Below, one piece after another: positions 59,965 through 64,000 of a stretch of 64,000 nt of DNA. Position 1 is the first letter of the stretch, and each line of letters opens with the position of its first letter. The notes beneath the pieces were generated by a model, which ran no database searches, was not told the DNA's origin, and saw only the letters and a list, made by a program, of their open reading frames with translations. This stretch comes from Candidatus Marinacidobacterales bacterium (GTDB lineage Bacteria > Acidobacteriota > Vicinamibacteria > Marinacidobacterales > SMYC01), in assembly GCA_965237955.1 (NCBI GenBank), contig OZ250169.1, positions 1,920,001-1,984,000 of the forward strand, given 5' to 3'. Position numbers and translations under genes: made by a program.

Positions 59965-60108
59965 TCAGCATCCAGCATCCAGTTCACATCACGCCCTGCC
60001 CGTAAGTGGCGTCGTCGCATATCGAGCACCGTTCCCCCGGTAAGCGACACAACCATTTACAGGCACGGCTCGAATTGGCCTGGATGCTGGATGCTGGATG
60101 CTGAATGC
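59964..60108. repeat. hairpin element with (CAGCATC)n/(GGATGCT)n ends
   Basis: TCAGCATCCAGCATCCAG...TGCCCGTAAGTGG pairs imperfectly with CCATTTACAGGCA...CTGGATGCTGGATGCTGGATGCTGA. Confidence 0.75.
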
Positions 60109-60170
60109 CGCCGCGGGCGGGCTGCAGCTTATTGAGGGCCGGCCCGCCCTCATGCTACGATTCCCTTCCC

Positions 60171-60920
60171 ATGTCGGGTCATTCCAAGTGGCACTCCATC
60201 AAGCACAAAAAAGCGGCTACGGACGCCAAGCGCGGGAAGGCGTTTACCGGTCTGATCAAAGAGATTACGGTTGCCGCTCGCATGGGTGGAGGTGACGTCG
60301 ACTTCAACGCGCGGCTTCGCTTCGCGGTCGACAAAGCGAAGACTGCGAACATGCCGAAGGGCAACATCGAGCGAGCGATCAAAAAAGGAACCGGCGAGCT
60401 CGAAGGCTATAACCTCGAAGAAGTCCACTACGAAGGTTACGGTCCCGGAGGCGTGGCGGTGTTCATCGAGGCGACGACCGACAACAAGAACCGCACCGTG
60501 AGCGAGGTTCGCCATTTCTTTTCCAAGTACGGGGGCAACCTGGGTGAGTCGGGCTCGGTCAATTGGATGTTCGACAAGAAGGGCTACCTCGTCGTCGAAG
60601 GCGAGCACGTGGACGAAGAGGCGCTCCTTGAGATCGTTCTCGAAGCGGGTGCCGATGACGTGAGCGAAGACGGCAGCAATTGGGAAATCTTCACCACTCC
60701 GGAAGCGTTCCAGGCGGTTCGTGATGCGCTCTCTTCGAAGAACATTCCGCTCGCCGCGGAAGAGATCGCGATGATCCCGCAAACCAGCGTGAAGCTTGAG
60801 GGCAAGCAGGCGAAGCAGATGCTCAAGCTCATGGAAGCGCTCGAGGATCACGAAGACCTGACGAACGTCTGGGCTAACTTCGATATCGAGGGAAAAGAGA
60901 TCGAAGCTCTCATGTCTTGA
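60171..60920 (+). CDS. yebC: YebC/PmpR-family protein
   Basis: [29 protein letters not shown]; start ATG60171. Confidence 0.96.
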   Translation: MSGHSKWHSIKHKKAATDAKRGKAFTGLIKEITVAARMGGGDVDFNARLRFAVDKAKTANMPKGNIERAIKKGTGELEGYNLEEVHYEGYGPGGVAVFIEATTDNKNRTVSEVRHFFSKYGGNLGESGSVNWMFDKKGYLVVEGEHVDEEALLEIVLEAGADDVSEDGSNWEIFTTPEAFQAVRDALSSKNIPLAAEEIAMIPQTSVKLEGKQAKQMLKLMEALEDHEDLTNVWANFDIEGKEIEALMS

Positions 60921-60935
60921 TCCCTCGTTGAAACC

Positions 60936-61433
60936 ATGAGGATTCTCGGGATCGACCCTGGCTCGCACGTTACCGGTTTCGGCGTGATCGATTCCGACGG
61001 AAGCCGCCACGCCCTCGTGAGTCAAGGCGTCGTTCGCACTCGCACCGCGGGTTCCTTTGCCGAGAAGCTGAAACTCATCCATGACGGAATCCTCGACGTC
61101 ATGGACGAGTGGGGGCCCGATCAGGTGGTGGTCGAAAGCCTCTTCTATGCCGTAAACGTCAAGAGCGCGCTGAAGCTCGGACACGTCAGAGGCGTCGCAC
61201 TTCTCACCGCGGTCGAGCGCGGGCTACCGGTTCACGAGTACGCGCCGCTCGAAGTGAAACAAGCCGTCGTCGGCTACGGCCGTGCCGACAAAAATCAGGT
61301 ACAGAGAATGGTCGCCGTTTTACTCGGTCTCGAGACTCCGCCCGAGTCCCACGACGCAGCTGACGCACTCGCCATTGCGATCTGCCACGCGCATCAGCTT
61401 CGGTTCCACGCGAAAGTGCAATCGTCTTCGTGA
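60936..61433 (+). CDS. ruvC: Holliday junction resolvase
   Basis: ILGIDPG, VKQAVVGYG.ADK.QV, DAADALAIAICH. Confidence 0.96.
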   Translation: MRILGIDPGSHVTGFGVIDSDGSRHALVSQGVVRTRTAGSFAEKLKLIHDGILDVMDEWGPDQVVVESLFYAVNVKSALKLGHVRGVALLTAVERGLPVHEYAPLEVKQAVVGYGRADKNQVQRMVAVLLGLETPPESHDAADALAIAICHAHQLRFHAKVQSSS

Positions 61434-62032
61434 TCTCCTATCTCGAAGGGCGACTCAACGAAAAGGCGCCCGATCACGTCGTCGTTCTCGTCGGCGGTGT
61501 CGGCTACAAAGTGTTGATCCCGGTATCGACGTACTACGAGCTACCGGGGGAAGGTGAGTCGATCGCCCTTCAGGTGCACACGCATGTGCGCGAGGACACC
61601 CTGGCGCTCTACGGCTTCTTCTCGGCGAAAGAGCAGCTTCTGTTCCACCGGCTCATTGGTGTCGCCGGCGTGGGCCCCTCGCTGGCGCTCAAAGTCATGT
61701 CGGGTCTCGAGCCTCAAGTGCTCATCGACTCGATCCGGCGTGGAGATCGACAGCGTCTCCACGCCATTCCCGGTGTCGGCAAGAAAACCGCCGATCGCCT
61801 CATTCTCGAGCTACGCGACAAGATGCCCGAGCTTGCCGCGAGCGAAGATCGCACGACGGGAGCGAGCGCCGATCCGGCGCGGACGCTCGCCGACGATCTA
61901 GTGTCGGCGCTCTTGAATCTCGGGTTCCCTCGACCGCAATCCGAGAAGCAAGTCGAGGCGGTCGTCGACAGCGACCCCGACGCCAAATTCGAGGATGCGC
62001 TCAAGAACGTTCTGCGAAAGCTGTCAGGGTAG
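61430..62032 (+). CDS. ruvA: Holliday junction branch migration protein
   Basis: GVGY, HVRED...LYGF, GVGP..A, IPGVGKKTA.R.ILEL, AL..LG. Confidence 0.96.
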   Translation: MISYLEGRLNEKAPDHVVVLVGGVGYKVLIPVSTYYELPGEGESIALQVHTHVREDTLALYGFFSAKEQLLFHRLIGVAGVGPSLALKVMSGLEPQVLIDSIRRGDRQRLHAIPGVGKKTADRLILELRDKMPELAASEDRTTGASADPARTLADDLVSALLNLGFPRPQSEKQVEAVVDSDPDAKFEDALKNVLRKLSG

Positions 62033-63823
62033 ATGACGCGGGAAGAAATCCTCGATCTGTATAGCGCTCGGGTCGCGGAGCGCAAGATCGAGCGAGAGCG
62101 TCGCGGTAAAAAGGTCTCTTGGGTCTCCTACGCGCGTCTTCTTGTTTTTGTCGTAGGCGTCGCGATGGCGTGGTTTGTCTGGGAGACGGACTCGGTCCCC
62201 TGGCCCTGGCTCTTAGCTCCCGCGGCCGCGTTCGCGGTGCTGATGAGCTGGCACGCGCGTCTCTATGAGGGCCTGCGCCAGGCCGAACGCTCCGAAAAAT
62301 TCTACACCCGAGGCCTCGCAAGGCTTCGGGACGAGTGGCCGGGCTCGGGGAACCAGGGTGTGTCGTTCGTCGACGCGCGCCATCCGTATGCGAGCGATCT
62401 CGATATCTTCGGGAACGGCTCGCTTTTCGAGCTCCTCGCCACGACCGAGAGCCCGTGGGGTGCGAATACCCTCGCCGAGTGGCTGCTCTCGCCGGCGAGC
62501 CCCGAGGTCGTACGTCAACGCCAGGAGGCGGTGGCCGAGCTCGCTCCGCTGGTGGAGCTACGCGAAGACATCGCTCGCGAGCACGACGACGCGGTGGAGA
62601 CGGTCAACCCGGAAACACTGTCGAAATGGGCCATTGAACCACCAGTTTTAGTGTCGCGCGGGGCACGTCTCGTCGCACTCGTTCTAGGTGTCCTAAGCTT
62701 TGTGGCCGTCATCGGCTGGGCGGCGTCGTGGTGGGCACGCTTGCCGTTCGTGAGCCTCGTCGCCGTCAGTGGGTCGTTCGCGATCGCGTACCGTCCGCGT
62801 GTGCGCTCGGTTCTCGCGGCGGTGGAGGACCCGGCGAGCGCGCTCGGTGTCCTATCGATGCTTCTGGTGCGTCTGGAAGGTGAAGGGTTTTCCTCGCCGC
62901 TGCTGGTTGCGCTCCAGGAGGCGCTGGTCTCCGATGGCGAGCCTGCGTCGAAACAGATACGCCGCCTCGCTCGACGCGTCGACTACCTCGATGCGCGCCG
63001 GAACCAGTTGTTCGCCCCGTTTGCGGCGCTCTTGCTCTGGGGCACCCAGTTCGCGTTCGCCATCGAGTCGTGGCGGCTGCACTCGGGCCCTCGAGTGCCA
63101 CGTTGGCTGTCCGCCGTCGGGGAGCTCGATGCACTCTTGGCGCTCGGCACCTACGCGTTCGAGCATGCCTCGGACCCGTTCCCCACGATACGGGACGACA
63201 CCGTCGTCTTCGACGCGGAAGGGCTGGGCCATCCGCTCATCCCGGATGCCCGTCTCATTCGAAACGACGTGCGCTTCGGAGACAAGCTACGTCTCGTCGT
63301 CGTTTCCGGCTCGAACATGTCGGGCAAGAGCACGTTCTTGCGCGCGGTCGGGATCAATACCGTGCTCGCGTTTGCCGGCGCTCCGGTGCGCGCGAGACGG
63401 CTCGAGGTCTCGCCACTTGCGGTGGCGGCGTCGATCCGCATTGTCGATTCGCTCCAGGATGGGGTCTCGCACTTCTATGCCGAGATTTTGCGGTTGCGAC
63501 AAGTCCTGGAGCTCACTTCCGGGGACACCACCGTCCTGTTTCTTCTCGACGAGATCCTGCACGGCACGAACTCGCACGATCGCCGCATCGGAGCGGAGGC
63601 GGTCGTCCGCGGCCTCGTCGAGCGCGGCGCCGTCGGCTTCATCACCACGCATGACCTCGCGCTTTCGAAGATGGCCGACGCGATGGATAGGGCCGCGACG
63701 AACGTTCACTTCGAAGATCAGATCGTGGACGGAAAAATCCAGTTCGATTACGTCATGCGCGAAGGCGTCGTCACGAAAAGCAACGCCCTCGACCTCATGC
63801 GCTCGGTCGGCCTCGAAGTTTAG
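62033..63823 (+). CDS. membrane-anchored MutS-like ATPase (domain V, no mismatch-binding domain)
   Basis: Hydrophobic helices; HPYA.DLDIFG..SLF; SGSNMSGKSTFLR, SHFYAEI.RL, LDEILHGTNS.DR, TTHDL. Confidence 0.9.
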   Translation: MTREEILDLYSARVAERKIERERRGKKVSWVSYARLLVFVVGVAMAWFVWETDSVPWPWLLAPAAAFAVLMSWHARLYEGLRQAERSEKFYTRGLARLRDEWPGSGNQGVSFVDARHPYASDLDIFGNGSLFELLATTESPWGANTLAEWLLSPASPEVVRQRQEAVAELAPLVELREDIAREHDDAVETVNPETLSKWAIEPPVLVSRGARLVALVLGVLSFVAVIGWAASWWARLPFVSLVAVSGSFAIAYRPRVRSVLAAVEDPASALGVLSMLLVRLEGEGFSSPLLVALQEALVSDGEPASKQIRRLARRVDYLDARRNQLFAPFAALLLWGTQFAFAIESWRLHSGPRVPRWLSAVGELDALLALGTYAFEHASDPFPTIRDDTVVFDAEGLGHPLIPDARLIRNDVRFGDKLRLVVVSGSNMSGKSTFLRAVGINTVLAFAGAPVRARRLEVSPLAVAASIRIVDSLQDGVSHFYAEILRLRQVLELTSGDTTVLFLLDEILHGTNSHDRRIGAEAVVRGLVERGAVGFITTHDLALSKMADAMDRAATNVHFEDQIVDGKIQFDYVMREGVVTKSNALDLMRSVGLEV

Positions 63824-63874
63824 GGTCGGGCACGCGCACGGGCACGGGTAGGTGAGGTAGACTTTTCCCGAAAG

Positions 63875-64000
63875 ATGACAGAGCGTCTGGTCTCGCTGGG
63901 CCGCACCGATGAGGATGTCTCTCTCGACCAGAGCCTTCGGCCGCGGGGGTTCAGTGAGTACGTCGGCCAGAAGAAGATTCTGGCGCAGCTCGAGATCGCG
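63875..64000 (+). CDS. ruvB: Holliday junction helicase RuvB, runs off the right edge
   Basis: MTERLVS...DQSLRPRGFSEYVGQ..I...LEIA. Confidence 0.9.
   Translation, partial: MTERLVSLGRTDEDVSLDQSLRPRGFSEYVGQKKILAQLEIA

Overview
High-GC bacterial chromosome segment from a diderm organism (LptD present). The gene complement and order suggest Acidobacteriota, possibly Vicinamibacteria-like; this is an inference. The left ~16 kb is accessory. It holds a sigma54-preceded type IV pilin-like gene running off the left edge, a nucleotidyltransferase with a small partner, a hypothetical-SNF2-SWIM cassette, an MglA-like GTPase fused to a GAF-like domain, and a scar of kinase, sulfotransferase and arylsulfatase fragments plus a 168-bp MITE. 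It ends with a sigma54-preceded signalling operon (REC-GGDEF, CHASE2 kinase with an in-frame TAA, REC-DUF4388, LysM/FecR/Fn3) divergent from a small wHTH gene. The rest is mostly core genome: polA, HAD, cyclophilin, lptD-rfbD-gmd-rmd-GT39, grpE, glyA, dinG, queD, yggS, divIVA, lepB, tilS-hpt-ftsH-folP-cdaA-cdaR-glmM-pdxJ, corC-like, gpsA, futalosine menaquinone genes, and yebC-ruvC-ruvA-mutS-like-ruvB. The strongest hidden signal is a B12/radical SAM gene whose apparent TGA stop reads as selenocysteine (C-U-AEP tail, SECIS-like hairpin), clustered with an Nfu Fe-S carrier and an ATP-grasp ligase of unknown product. Other notable items are catalytically degenerate PdxJ and Hpt homologues, an SbnI-like kinase, and several families of inverted short-period (6/7/8-nt) tandem-repeat hairpin elements. 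No rRNA, tRNA or CRISPR array was recognised by eye.
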